A DNA stretch of 64,000 nt, from assembly GCF_963921235.1 (NCBI RefSeq), contig NC_086108.1, positions 114,206,001 through 114,270,000 of the forward strand, given 5' to 3'. Below the pieces are notes generated by a model that was given only the letters and a program-made list of their open reading frames with translations, had not been told where the DNA came from and did no database searches. The translations under genes were made by a program, and so were the position numbers. The stretch is from Mobula hypostoma (lineage: Eukaryota). This document shows, piece by piece, positions 12,870-26,341 of this stretch; position 1 is the stretch's first letter, and each line of letters starts with the position of its first letter.

Positions 12870-13280
12870 CTGTCTGTCTGTCTCTATCTATCTGTTGTAA
12901 CTTATAGTTTTTGTTTTAGTTTTGTTCTGTGTTCTTAGTCTTATGTTGTTTCCACTGGTACTACAAGAGATTTGTTGATAGTAATTATTTAGTGACTTTT
13001 TAGGCAGTCTTGGTTAAAATCCTCCAAAACGATGGTGAAGGTGTTAGGGTGCGCTGTTTCGTGCATGTTGATCCCGTCGCTCAGATCATCTAGAGCCTGA
13101 TTGACACTCGCTGAGGTGGAATATACACCACTACCAAAATGATCGGGGAAATCTCCCGCGGCAGGTAAAATGGACGGCACTTAATTGCGAGATATTGCAG
13201 TTCTGGTGAGCAGAATTGGGACAACACTGATTCATTTGTGCACCAAGAGGAGTAGATCATGAGGCAAACACCTCCACTTT
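10568..13280 (-). mobile_element. Rex1/Babar-type LINE (APE-RT remnants), split by a (CT)n microsatellite region
   Basis: SGGVCLMI..KCRPFYLPRE (APE), [29 protein letters not shown]; ctgatt-type tail at about 10568. Confidence 0.85.
12800..12895. repeat. (CT/GT)n microsatellite
   Basis: Seen directly. Confidence 0.9.
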
Positions 13281-14099
13281 TGCTCCACTCATCAGACCCT
13301 GGGGATTTATCCACCCTGATTTGTCTCAAGACACCTTCTCCCCTGTAATCTGTTTAGGGTCTATGAAGTTGATGCCGCTTTGCCTCATTTCTGTAAACTC
13401 TTTGTGTCTGTCTCTTAATACAGGTGCAAAAAAATAATGTAAGATCTCCGCCATCTCTTTTGGCTCCACGCATGGATTACCATTCTGACTATAAGCAAAT
13501 CCGTGCTGAACTTTCTCACCATCCGTTGAGTGAAGTTCCCCCTCATGTTCCCCTTAAAAATTTTACCTTTTACCCTTACCCTATGACCTCTAGTTCTCAT
13601 CTCCCCGAACTTCAATGCAAAAAGTCTGGTTACATTTACCTTATCTATACCCCTCATAATTTTGTATACCTCTATCAAATCTTCCCTCAATCTTCAATAC
13701 TCCAGGGAGCACAGTTCACCTATTTAGTACTTCTCTGTAACTTACCTCAGAGCAGAAAGCATTTGTCTGGAGTGAGGAATCGGAGGGTTGTGGGGATTTG
13801 AGGAGGAATCCCCACAGAGTGAGGCTGGAATCTGGAAACTACTGCCTTGGAGGTGAATCAGAATCAGGTTTAATATCACTGACCTGTGTCATGAAATTCA
13901 TTGTTTTGCGACAGCAGTACATTGCAATACATAATAATGAGAAAAAACTCTGAGTTACAGTAAGAAATAGTGCTGGAGAATGGGGTTGGTGTGGGTGGGT
14001 ACTGGAGGGTCAGTATGGAAGTGATGGGACAAAGGGCCTGGCTCTGTACTGTGTCACTCTGTTTGTTTGACCTTGTGGGTGGGAAGGTTCCTTAACGTT

Positions 14100-14520
14100 G
14101 TTATTGCATCCTGATGCATGCATCTTTGCTGCGCAGATGTTCCAGAGTTGTGTGAAGAGCCAACGAGACAACATCTGCTGTCGACCTGTTGCTTTGGTAG
14201 ACAAATTGGAGCAGATCCAAGTCACTAGTTAGACAGGAGCAGATATTCTTCAACACCAGTCTCTCAAAACACTTCATCAGTGTAAGTGCCACTGGGCGAT
14301 AGTCATTTAGACAGGTTACCATGCTCTTCTTGGGCACTGGCATAATTGAAGCCTGCCTGCAGCAGGTGGGTACCACACACTGCCAGCGAGGGATTGAAGA
14401 TGTCCGTGAACACACCAACCAGTTTGTCAGCACAGGTCTTCAGTACTCGGCCAGGTCCTCTGTCCGGACCCGATGCTTTCCTTGGATTCAGCCCCACGTC
14501 ATCTTCAGATACTGAGATCA
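14100..14520 (-). mobile_element. Rex1/Babar RT fragment
   Basis: [34 protein letters not shown]. Confidence 0.8.
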
Positions 14521-15069
14521 ATGGATCTCTGTATATTTATTGTATTTACTGTCAATGCCCACAAGAAAACAAATCTCAGGGTTGCATATAGTGACATCTC
14601 TGATAATAAATTTACTTTGAACTTTGTACTTTTGTCAAGAACAATCACGATCATGGAAAACTCATGATTGCCACGCCATATAACATGGCTCGTAATGAAT
14701 GAATGAACTGTTCCTGCAAAATTACAAATTTCGTGAGTGAGGTAAGTGATAATAAACCTGATTCTCATTCTGATTGAAGTGACGGGAAAGATTTAAAAGG
14801 GCCCTAAGGGGCAGCTTTTTTACCCAGAGGGTGATGAGTGGAAGGAACTGCCAGAGGGAGTGGCTGAGGCAGATACATTTACAATGTTTAAAAGACACAT
14901 AGATGGGTTTACAGATGGGGAACGTTACAGAAGGAAAGAGTTTTAGGCCAAAAAAAAAGGATGAGGGGGAGGAGCAGGTGATAGGTGAATCCAGGTGAGA
15001 GAAATTGTGTGGGTAGGTGCAGAGAGGTGGGGTGGGAAGTGGGAATGATGTGAGAAACTGGGTGGTTAT

Positions 15070-15760
15070 TCAAGATCTCAAGATTGTTTAATGTCATTTC
15101 CATTACACAAGTGTAAAGGAGAACGAAATAATTGTTACTCTGGATCTGATGTAGCACAAAAAACACAATAAGATAAAGAACACAATAAATATAAATACAT
15201 AAGATAGCTTCTATACATTGATTGTCTGTCCATAAAGTCACACTAGGCACAGGAGTGTCTGTACACAAGGTGACTGACAGGAAATGATAAAGTAATGGTG
15301 GTTGGGGGTGTGGAAGGGTGGGTTAGCGGGTGAAGGTGTTGTTCAGCCTTGCTGCTTGGGGAAAGTAACTGTTTTTAAGTCAAGTGGTCCTACGTAGCCT
15401 CCTCCCTGATGGGAGTGGGACAAACAGTCCATGAGAGGGTGGGTGGGAACCTTCATGACGTTACTGGCCCTTTTTCTGTATAGACTGTACGTCCTTGTTG
15501 ATAGGTAGTCTTGTGCCACTGAGGCATTGGGCAGAGGTTACCCATTGTAAAGCCTACCTGTCTGCCACAGCACAGTTTCGATACCGTTGTGTGATGCACC
15601 TTGTCAGGATGCTCTCTCCTGTGCATCTGTAGAATGGCGTGAGTATGGATGTGCACGGTCCAGCTTTCTTCAGCCTCCTCAGGAAGTCGAGGCCTTGGTG
15701 AGCTTTCCTGACCGAGGTGTTTCTCTCCCGGGAGTTTGAAACTGCTGTGCCGCCGATGTA
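15070..15760 (-). mobile_element. Rex1/Babar 3' fragment
   Basis: FLRRLKKA..FYRCTGESILT; the 3' UTR is shared with the copy at about 25695-26010. Confidence 0.7.
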
Positions 15761-16939
15761 ACGAGGAGTGTGGGTGCTGCCAGAGGCCAATTCCGAGATG
15801 CTGAGCAACTCCGCGTTGGCGTGGGGATTGTTCCTGGGGATGAGAGATCAGCCCTGTGGGGAAGAGAGAGGGGCTGGGCTTGTTTTCAGAGTGGAGAGGG
15901 TACTGAAGTACTCCCTGCAGGGTTTCATAGTCAGACAGAGTGGCTGAAGGGAGATGCCGCAATGTGTAGTGACACATGCAGACAGCCCCTGCTCGTCTTT
16001 CGGTTGAGTTGCTTGTTGACGCAAATGACGCATTTCCCTGTGTTTCAATGTCCACGGTTAATAAATCTGAATGTTTCTATGGACAACAGACTGCATACAC
16101 TGGCACCTAGAATGACAAGCAATCTGCTGGAGGATGTCAGTGGGTCAAGCAGTTCCTGTGCGGGGAGATAATGCTTTTTGGGTCAAAACCCTGCACCAGG
16201 ACCCAAACCAGCAACAATCCTTTCACCCCACCAACGTTCCTGGGCTCAGGAGATGTGTCAGTGGATGACAGGACGTGACAGGGAATGGGACCCACTGCTT
16301 GTAAGGGTAATGGGAGCAGATTAGACAGGAACTGTGCAGAAAAAAAAGAATAGTGAGGTAGTGTTCAAGGGCTCATTGTCCATTTAGAATTCAGGTGGCA
16401 GAGGGGAAGAAGCTGTTCCTGAAATGCCGAATGTGTGTCTTCAAGCTCCTGTACCTGCTCGCTGATGGTAGTAATGAGAAGAGGACATGTCCCAGATGGT
16501 AAGAGGCCTTAATGATGGATGCCATCTTCTCAAGGCACCATTTTTTTGAAGATGTCCTCCATGGTGGTGGGGAGAGGTGGTTGTCTGGGGTAGTTTGTGT
16601 GCTCTTTCTGTGTCTGGGTGCAGTCACCATCTTGGGCTCTGTAGATATGCTGATGTTTAGTTGCTCAGTGTAGCTCCTGTTGTGGGGTGGAATGTTTCCT
16701 CTTTCGGTTGGTGGGGAAGGAATTCCAACAATAGAAATTCAACCAGAGCTGAAAATAGCCTTCAGCTGTTGCCACCCTAACGGTGTCTGGGTGCATCTGC
16801 CAGGGACCACAGCACCAGGACCAATCCCATTCCTTTTGTATTTATAGTCTGCGCCTCACCACGGCGTCTGTCACGTTGGAACATTTGTTTGCACGTTTCC
16901 TTACAGTTCTGAAGTCGTTTATCACCACCAAACATCTGG

Positions 16940-17430
16940 TGCAGGGCAGCACAGCGGGCAGAGTCGCTGTTTCACAGCTCTAGAGGTACGGGTGCCATCC
17001 TGACCTCTGGCGCTGTCTGGGTGGAGTTTGCACGTTCTCCCTGTGGGTTTCCTCCGGGTGCTCTGGTTCCCTCCCACTTCCCCGAGATGTCAGGTCAGTG
17101 GGTTAGTTGGGCCGCAGTAAATGTCCCCAGTGTGTGGGTGAGCAGTAGAATCAAGCGACATATTAGCGTAGTGGTTAACGTAATGTTTTACAGCGCCCGT
17201 GATCGGGGTTCAATTCCCACCATTCTCCATATGTTCCCTCTGTGACAAAGGTGGGTTCCCTCCGGGTGCTCTGCTCTCCTCCCGCACTTCAGAGACATAC
17301 AGTTTAGGGTTAGGGAGTTGTGGCGTTACTTGTGGACTGCCCCCAGCACATCCTTGGACCGTGTTGGTTGCTGATGCTAACAACACATTTCACTGTATAT
17401 TTCGATGTACATGTGACGAATAAAGCTCAT
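16940..17430 (+). mobile_element. Two adjacent tRNA-derived SINEs
   Basis: GGTTCAATTCCC B box and gggtttcctccgggtgctctggtt core; similar copies at about 19010-19240, 22680-22820, 25315-25580 and 36190-36330 (-). Confidence 0.65.
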
Positions 17431-19599
17431 CTTGGACATGGCATCAAAGGTTACGGGGAGAAAGCCGGGAACTGGGGTTGAGGAAGAGATGTTATAAAAG
17501 AATCAGCCATGATTGAATGGCAGAGCAGACTCGGTGGGACAGATGGCCTAATTCTGCTCCTTTATCTTATGGTCTTATGGTCTTCAATCGGGGGTGGGGG
17601 GTTTGATGGGAATGTGGGAAGATTGAAATGGGATCAGTGTAAGATTGGTGTCAATGGGCGGTTGATGGATAGTATGGAGTAGATGGGCCACAGGACCTGT
17701 TACTGTGCTCTCTATCTTGCTATGGTTCTGTAGGTACTGGAAGGATGATTCCAATGCTGAGAGCACATAAGTGTGAGAACTGCTCAAGAGTGAGGGAATA
17801 AGGTTAGGCAAGATTAAGTCATTGGCTATATTTAAGGCAGAGGTTGATGGATTCTTGATTGGTCAGAGCATGAAGGGATACGGGGAGAAGGCAGGAGAAT
17901 GGTGCTGAGAGGAAAATGGATCAGCCATGATGAAATAGCAGAGCAGATTCAATGAGTCAGACGGCCTAATTCTGCTCCTGTATCTTATGGTCTTATAGTT
18001 ATTCCCCGGAGTGTAGGAGAATGAGGGGAGATTTAATAAAGGTGTACAAAATTGTGAAGGGTAGAGATAGTGCAAATGCAAACAGGCCTTTTCCACTGCG
18101 GTTGGGTGAGACTCGGACTGGAGGTCATAGGTTAAGAGTGAAAGGTGAAATACAATATTTAAGGGGATTCCTGAGGACTGACTTCTTCAGTCAGTAGGTG
18201 GTGAGCTACCAGCAGAAGTGGTTTGACTTCAACATTTGAGAAGTTTGGAGGGGTGTGGATGCTATGTCGATGGAACCAGACAGGAGAACAGGTCTGCATG
18301 GACAAGATGGGCATCTTTCTGTGCTGTAGTACGCTACGGCCATAGGCCGACAGCTCTAAACCTGTTGATCCATCTCACTGTGTCTCAAAAGGGAAGTAGT
18401 CCAAAAAAGAAGTTGTTGCTTAGAACCAAATTCCAGCATAAACCTCAGCCAGCAGATGTTCTGTTCTGCTTTCATTTCTGGTCTCCTCATTATAGGAAGC
18501 ATGTGGAAGCTTTATGTTGTGAAGCTTGTTGTTCTGTGACTACCTAAAATATTAGCGTACAAAATTCACAGGTCAAATTTCCTAGGGCGGAAATAGCTAA
18601 TACAAAGGAGAATCATTTGAAGGTGGTTGGGAGAATATCAGAGTATGGTTTTCTGCACACACAGTGGGTGCATGAAACACCCTGTCAGGGTGGTGGTAGA
18701 GGCAGCTATATTAGGGACATTTAAGAAATTCTTAGATAGGCACACGGACGATAGAAAACCGGAGGGTTATGGCTGTATAGGCTGGAATTGCATTCATATA
18801 TGTCAGCGTAACATCATGGGCTGAAAGGCCTGTACTGTTTGATATTAAAAGGTAGCACTATCGGTCTTCGTTGGTATGTAATTTTTCATTGTATTTCTCT
18901 GTTCTACTGCGAATGCCCATAAGAAAATTAATTTCAAGGTAGTATACGTGTACTTTGATAATAAATTTACTTTGAATTGCCAAAAACTTGTTCCAACTCA
19001 GAAGAGGGGTAGCCTGGTGGTGTCGCAGTTAGTGTAATGCTTTAGAGAGCCAGTGACTCAGGTTCAATTCCCACCCCTGCCTGTAAGGAGTTTGTACGCT
19101 CTCTCTGTGACTGCGTGGGTTTCCTCCGGGTGCTCAGGTTTCCTCCCGCATTTCAAAGATGTATCAGTTAGTAAGTTCATTGGTCACATGGGTGTAATTG
19201 AGTGGCGCAGGCTGGTTGGGCTGGAAGGGCTTGTTACCATGAACACCAACCCGAGGCAAATAGACAGGAAACAAACAGACCAGCAGAACTGCAGTAACTC
19301 TCATCTATGAAGGAGAGGAATCAAATTACAGGGCCCTGATGATATCTCAATCTGTAATACCAATTACAGATCAGGGTGGGTGGCCGGTTGGAGATGCGTC
19401 TCTCCGGTGGTGGATGGTTGTGTGAGCAGCTGGTACGTCTCACAAGTCCTGGTTATGCGACCACTGACATCAGGCAGACAATCTCAGAAGGGTATTGATA
19501 ATGGCTGAGGCCACCCATCTTGTAAAGACACTGCCCTTAGATCACAGTGATCTTAATACGATTAATTCATACTGCACTTTGAGAGGGAGAACACAAGTC

Positions 19600-21752
19600 A
19601 CATGTATCAGTATCACAATGGAATAAAGAGAATTACAGAGGCATGAGAGAGGAGCTTGCTCAGGTGGATTGGAGGAGGATACTGGCAGGGATGACGGCAG
19701 AGCAGAGATAACTGAAGTTTCTGGGAATAGTTCACAAGGCACAGATAGATATGTCCCACAGAAGAAGTTGTTCTCAAATGGCGGGTGTAGGTCATGGTGG
19801 CTGACAAGGGAAGTTAAAGACTGTATAAAAGCCAAGGAAAGGACATATAAGGTATCAAAAGTGAGTGGGAAGCTGGATGATTGGGAAGTTTTTAAAAATC
19901 TAACAGAAGGCAACTAAAAAAACTATAAGGGAAAAGACGAGATATGAGGGCAAACTATCCAAAAAAGTAGGATACTAAAAGTTTTTTCAGTTATATAAAG
20001 AGTAAAAGAAAGGTGAGAGTTGATATTGGACCACTGGAAGAATAGTGGTGGTGAGGTAGTAATGGGGGACAAAGAAATTGCAGATGAATGTAATGGGTAC
20101 TTTACATCTGTCTTCATTGTGGAAAGTATTAACAGTGTGCCAGAAGTCTGTGAGTGTCAGGGAGCAGGAGTTAGTGTCATTGCTATTACAAAGGAAAAAG
20201 TGCTAGGCAAACTCAAAGGTCTTAAGGTGGATAAGTCACCTGGACCAGATGGACAACATCCCCGAGTCCTGAGAGAGGTTGCTCAAGAGATAATGGATGC
20301 ATTGGTCATGATCTTTCAAGAATCACTTGAATCTGGCATGGTCCCAGAGGAATGGAAAACTGCAAATGTCACTCCACTCTTAAGGAGGGAGAAATGCAAA
20401 AGAAAGGAAATTATAGGCCAGTTAGCCTAACCTCAGTGGTTGGGAAAATGTTGAAGTCTGTTATTAAGGATGAGGTTTCGAGGTACTTGGAGACTAATGA
20501 TAAAATAAGTCAAAGTTAGCATAGTTGCTGTAAAAGTTTGAGTTCTTTGAGGAAGTAACAAGCAGGGTGGACAAAGGAGAGGCAGTGGATGTCATTTACT
20601 TGGATTTTCAGAAGGCATCTGATAAGGTACCACACATGAGGCTGCTTAACAAGATAAGATCCTATGGCATTACAGGAAAGATACTGGTGTGTATAGTGGA
20701 GTAGTGAGTGGGAATAAAGAGGGCAGTTTCTGGTTGGCTGCCAGTGACTAGTGGTGTTCCTCAGGGGTCAGTATTGGGACCGTTACTTTTCACATTGTTT
20801 GTCATTGATTTGGATAATGGAATTGATGGCTTTGTGGCAAAGTTTGCAGATGATACGAAGGTAGGTGGAGGGGTAGGTAGTGCTGAGGAAGCAATGCAAT
20901 TGCAGCAGGATTTAGACAAATTAGAAGAATGGGGAAAAAGTGGCAGATGGAATACAGTGTTGGGAAATGTATGATGATGCATTTTGGTAAAAGGAACAAT
21001 AGTGCAGACCATTATCTAAGTGGGGAGAAAGTTCAAACATCAGAGGTGCACGTGAAAGACTCCCAGAAGGTTAATTTACAGGTTGAGTCTGTGGAAAAGA
21101 AGGCAAATGCAATGTTGGCATTTATTTCAAGGGGACTAGAATATAAAAACAAGGAGATATTGCTGAGGCTTTATGAGATATTAGGCAGGCCACACTTGGA
21201 GTACTGTCAACAGTTTTGGACCCCTTATCTCAGAAGGGATGTGTTGTCATTGGAGAGAGTCCAGAGGAGGTTCATGAGGATGATTCCAGGAATGAAGGGG
21301 TTAACATACGAGGAGTGTTTGGCAGCTTTGGGCTTGTACTCACTGGAAATTACAAGAATGCTGGGGGATCTCATTGAAACCTACTGAATGTTGAAAGAAC
21401 GAGATAGGATGGATGTGGAGAGGATGTTTCCAATGGTGAGGGTATCCGGAACTAAAGGGCACAGCCTCAAAACTGAGGAGCAACCTTTCAGAATAGCGGT
21501 CAGGAGAATTTTATTTTAGTGAGAGAGCAGTGAATCTATGGTATGCTCTGCCACAGACTGTGGTGGAGGCCAAGTCTGTGGGTATATTTAAGGCGGAAAT
21601 TGATGGTTTCCTGTTTGGTTGGGGCAGCAAAGGATATGGCAAGACGGCAGGTGTACGGGGTTGAGTGGGATCCAGGATCAGCCATGATGGTATGGGAGAA
21701 CAGACTTGATGGGCTGAATGGCCTAATTATGCTCCTATGTCTTATGGTCTTG
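19600..21752 (+). mobile_element. CR1 LINE ORF2 (degraded) with 3' UTR
   Basis: KSPGPDG, YLDFQKA, GVPQGSVLGP, FADDTK, RPHLEYC; multiple frameshifts. Confidence 0.9.
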
Positions 21753-21974
21753 CATATGTGCATTCATCTGATAATAAGCTCAAAATTGAACATGAACTTG
21801 CAATAAGGCTCAGCATTATCTCATATATTCTATTCCCCTTGAAATAAAGATGCCTAAGACCCTCTGCACCTCTGATGTTTGAACCTTCTCCCCATTTAGA
21901 TAATAGTCCACACTATTGTTCCTTTTACCAAAATGCATTTTCATACATTTCCCAAAACTGTATTCCATATACGA

Positions 21975-22530
21975 CTAAACAAAACAACATCCCTCCTGGC
22001 GATGGTGCACCCACAAAACATATGTCACACACAGCATATAAACCAAAATATTACCACATGTAAGTTAATAAAATGTAATTGAAAATGCATGTAGTGCTTA
22101 GCACAGGTAAATAGTAAACAGCTCACTGTCCTAGTGAGAAGCCCTTGGTGGTGGCAGGGAATTCATTAGTCTCACATTCTGAGAGAAGAAACTGTTACCC
22201 GGTCTGACAGTCCTAGTCCTGATGCTCCTGTACCTCCTTCCCGATGGTAGTGGGTCAGAGAGATTATGGGATGCGTGCTAGGGATCCCCAACAATGCTTT
22301 GGGCTCTCTATATACAATGTCCCCAGTAAATGTCACATAGTGGGAAGTGAGACACCGATGATGCACAATGCTTTGGGCTCTCTGTATACAATGTCCCCAG
22401 TAAATGTTATGTAGTGGGGAGTGAGACACTGATGTTCCTCTCAGAGGATTTTACTGTCTTCTGTAGGGTCTTACAGTCCATGCCTTGTAGTTTCCATAGA
22501 ACACAATGAAGTAACTAGACAGAACACTCG
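21975..22530 (-). mobile_element. Rex1-like 3' fragment with an internal tandem duplication of about 75 bp
   Basis: acaatgctttgggctctc..gtgagacac occurs twice (about 22291 and 22365); LPSGRRYRSI-like end. Confidence 0.6.
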
Positions 22531-23427
22531 CGATGAACACTCACTCGTCACAGATTCGCTCTGGATTAGACTGCTCCTTTGTCGTACTGATTGCCCTGTT
22601 GCGGTCGCTGTCCGAGATGTTTCGAGGTCATAGTGTCTCATAGTGTGGAAACAGGCCCTTTGTCCTAACTTGTCTTTGCTGTGTCTCCCAGTGAGCCCGT
22701 AGTCAGCATTGTGGGCATGCTCTGTTGCTGCCTGAATGTGTGGCCACCTTGTGGGCTGCCACCAGCACATCGTAAGATTGTGTTGGTTGTTGACGCAAAT
22801 GCCACATTTCACTGTACATGTGATTATTCTAAATTTGAAATATCTGGATAACTAAATCTGTTTATACAAATCAAATGCAGTGGAATGATCTAGAATAATG
22901 TAAAAAGAATAACAATGTAAAATAAAATATAAAAGAGACTCTCCTATCCATGTACTTATTGAAATCATTGTTACTCTGATGCAGAACACAAGAACATAAT
23001 AATAATAAAACACAATAACTATAAATGTGTGAGATAGATTGTTTTTCCATAAAGTGGCTCTAGGCACAGAGCGTCTGCTTGGGGAAAGTAATTATTTTTG
23101 AGTCTGGTGGTCCTGGTGCAAATATTGTAAATGTGTCCATTACAACCACTATTTCTGGCCGCTCATTCCAAATATTTGTGAAGAGGATGCCCCTGATGTT
23201 CCTTTTAAATCTCTTGTCTTTGGTTAAACCCATGGTCTCTTGTTTGTATCACACCCCTCCCCTTGGGAAAAAGACCATGTACTTTTACCCTGTCCATGCC
23301 CCTCATGATTTTATACACCTATATCACGTCACCCTCAATCTCCTAAATTCCAGAGAATAAAGTCTTATTCTAAACGGCTTCACTTGTAACTCAGGCCCCC
23401 AAGTCCATCTGGATAAACCTTTCTGAA

Positions 23428-23954
23428 CTGGGTGTCATTATACACCAGTTATTGAAAGTGGGCATGCAGGTATAGCAGGCGGTGAAAAAGGCGAATGGTA
23501 CGCTGGCATTTATAGCGAGAGGATTCGAGTACAGGAGCAGGGAGGTACTACTGCAGTTGTACAAGGCCTTGGTGAGACCACACCTGGAGTATTGTGTGCA
23601 GTTTTGGTCCCTTAATCTGAGGAAAGACATTCTTGCCATAGAGGGGGTACAAAGAAGGTTCACCAGATTGATTCCTGGGATGGCAGGACTTTCATATGAA
23701 GAAAGACTGGATGAACTGGGCTTGTACTAGTTGGAATTTAGAAGATTGAGGGGGGATCTGATTGAAACGTATAAGATCCTAAAGGGATTGGACAGGCTAG
23801 ATGCAGGAAGATTGTTCCCGATGTTGGGGAAGTCCAGAACGAGGGGTCACAGTTTGAGGATAAAGGGGAAGCCTTTTAGGACCGAGATGAATGGCGGTGC
23901 AGGCTCGAAGGGCCGAAAGGCCTACTCCTGAACCTATTTTCTATGTTTCTATGT
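23428..23954 (+). mobile_element. Young CR1 (subfamily B), internally deleted, nested in an older - strand CR1 (about 23130-24095)
   Basis: Near-identical to 4808-5379 but jumps from accgagat to gaatggcggtgc; host CR1 sequence resumes at cactctttctag. Confidence 0.85.
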
Positions 23955-26341
23955 CACTCTTTCTAGTCTAATAGCATCTTTCCTACAACAGGGTGACCAA
24001 AACTGTACACAATACTCCAAGTGCAGCCTCACCAACATCTTAAACACCTGCAATATAACTTCTCAACTCCTGTACTCCATGCCCTGACTGACAAAGGTCA
24101 GGAAGTTATGTTGTTATAAAACTCTAGTTTGGGTGCATTTGGAGTACTGCACACAGTTCTGGTCACCCCACTAAAGGATTCGGAGAGGGTGCAGAATTTG
24201 TTCGCCAGGATGCTGCCTGGATTAGAGGGCATGTGCTATAATGGGAGGTTGGACAAACTTGGGTTCTTTTCTCAGGAGTGTTGGAGGTTGAGGGGAGATC
24301 TGAGAGAGGTTATAAGATTATGAGACCATAAGAGCAGAATTAGGTCATTTGGCCCATCGAGTCTGTTCTGCTGTTTCATCATGGCTGATCCATTTTCCTC
24401 TCAGCCCCAGTCTCCTGCTTTCTCCCTTTCATGCCATGACTAATCAAGAATCTACCAACTTCTGTCTTAAATATACTCAATGACTTGACCTCCACAGTGC
24501 TTTATAAAGCGTCAACATTAGATCCTTGCTTTTATATTCTATCTGTGAAAGGCATAGATAGAGTAAGCAGCTGGTATCTTTTTCCCAGGGTTGAAATGCC
24601 TATTACTAGAGGGTATGCATTTAAGGTGAGTGGGGGTAATTTCAAAAGAGACATAAAGGGTGCGTGGTTTGCACTGCTGGGGTGGTGGTAGAGGAAGAAA
24701 CATTTTTAAGTGACTACACTGTTGAGCACATCTATGTGGGGTGTTGTTGGAGGAAAGCAACATCCATCATCAGGGACCCCCACCACCCAGGACATGCTGT
24801 CTTCTTACTGCTGCCATCAGGAGTGAGATACAGGAACAGTTATTACCCCTCAGCCATCAGGCTCTTGAACCAGAGGGGATAACTTCACTCAACTTCACTT
24901 GTCCCATCAGTGAAATGTCCCCACAACCTATGGACTCACCTTCAAGGTCTCTTATCTCATGTTTTTTGATATTTGTTGCTTCTTTATTATTATTTTTTAT
25001 CTTCTTCGTCTGTATTTGCCGTTTGTTGTCTTTTACACTCTGTTTGTCTGTCCATCCTGTTGGTGCATTCTTTCATTGATTCTATTATGGTTGTTGGATT
25101 TATTGAGAATGCCCGTAAGAAAATTAATCTCGCAGTTGTGTATGGTGACATGTATGTACTTTGATAATAAATTTACTTTGAACTGTGCAAAGGAAGGATA
25201 TGGACATTGTGTGGGCAGAAGAGATTAGTTTGCTACTTGATTAATTTAATTGATTTGGCACAACATTTTTGATGCTATTAGAGAAGTCCAGTGCTGTACC
25301 TACCAAAGGGTGGCCCGTCCCATAGCAGTTAGTGCAATCGATTTATAACACCTTCCCCAGGATTGGGCTTCAATTCCTGCCACTGTCTGTAAGGAGATTG
25401 TATTCTCCTCATGACAGCGTGGTGCTCCGGTTTCCTTGGGGCATGCTATGTTGGTGCCAGAACAGGAAGTGTGGCCACACTCGTGGGCTGCCCAGCACAA
25501 TCCCCACTGAGTTGATTTGACACCAACGTACGTTTGGTGTACCTGTGACACTGTACGTTTGAGACAAATAAAGCTAATCTTCAAAAATTCTTTAAATTCC
25601 TTTGGCACATTCTGAGCTGGTGAAATATTCTTTGGAAATACAAGTTTTTTTCTCTGGAGCTGGATCGGAACTCACTCGGCCCGGATTCAAACATTTGAGA
25701 TTGTTTAATGTCATTTCCAGTGCACAGGTGCAAAGGAGAATGAGATAATTGTTACTACAGATCTGATGAATCACAAGAAAAACAATAAGATAAAGAACAC
25801 ATTAATAATACAACACAATGAATATAAATATGTAAGAAAACTTATAAACATAGATTGATTGTGTGTCCATAAAGTGACGCTAGGCACAGGAGTGTCTGTA
25901 CATAAGGTGACTGACAGGAAATGATAAAGTAGTGGTGGTTGGGGTGTGGAGGGGTGGGTTAGTGAGTGGAGGTGTTGATCAGCCTCACTGCTTGGGGAAA
26001 GGAACTGTTTTCTCCTGCGCTCTGCGGTGGCTGTCTTCCTGATGACAGCTGCCTCCGCTGACTCAGGTCCGGGGGCGGATTCACACTCTCACAGCCCAGA
26101 ATCTGTTCCACCGCCGGAGCCAAACATGGAGAGAGGAAGACTACATCTCACACAGCCTGCCTCGCTCTCTCTGCCAAGAGTCAACTCGGTCTCTGAAACT
26201 CTGAGAATCTCCTTTCCCAGAATCCAGATAATTATTTCCCCCAGTATGCACCTTCGCAATGAATTACCAATTATCTCCCCTTTTCCTGTCAAAAATGCCT
26301 TCTGTGTCTCTATCCTCCACTTGTTCCTCAACAACTCCTGT

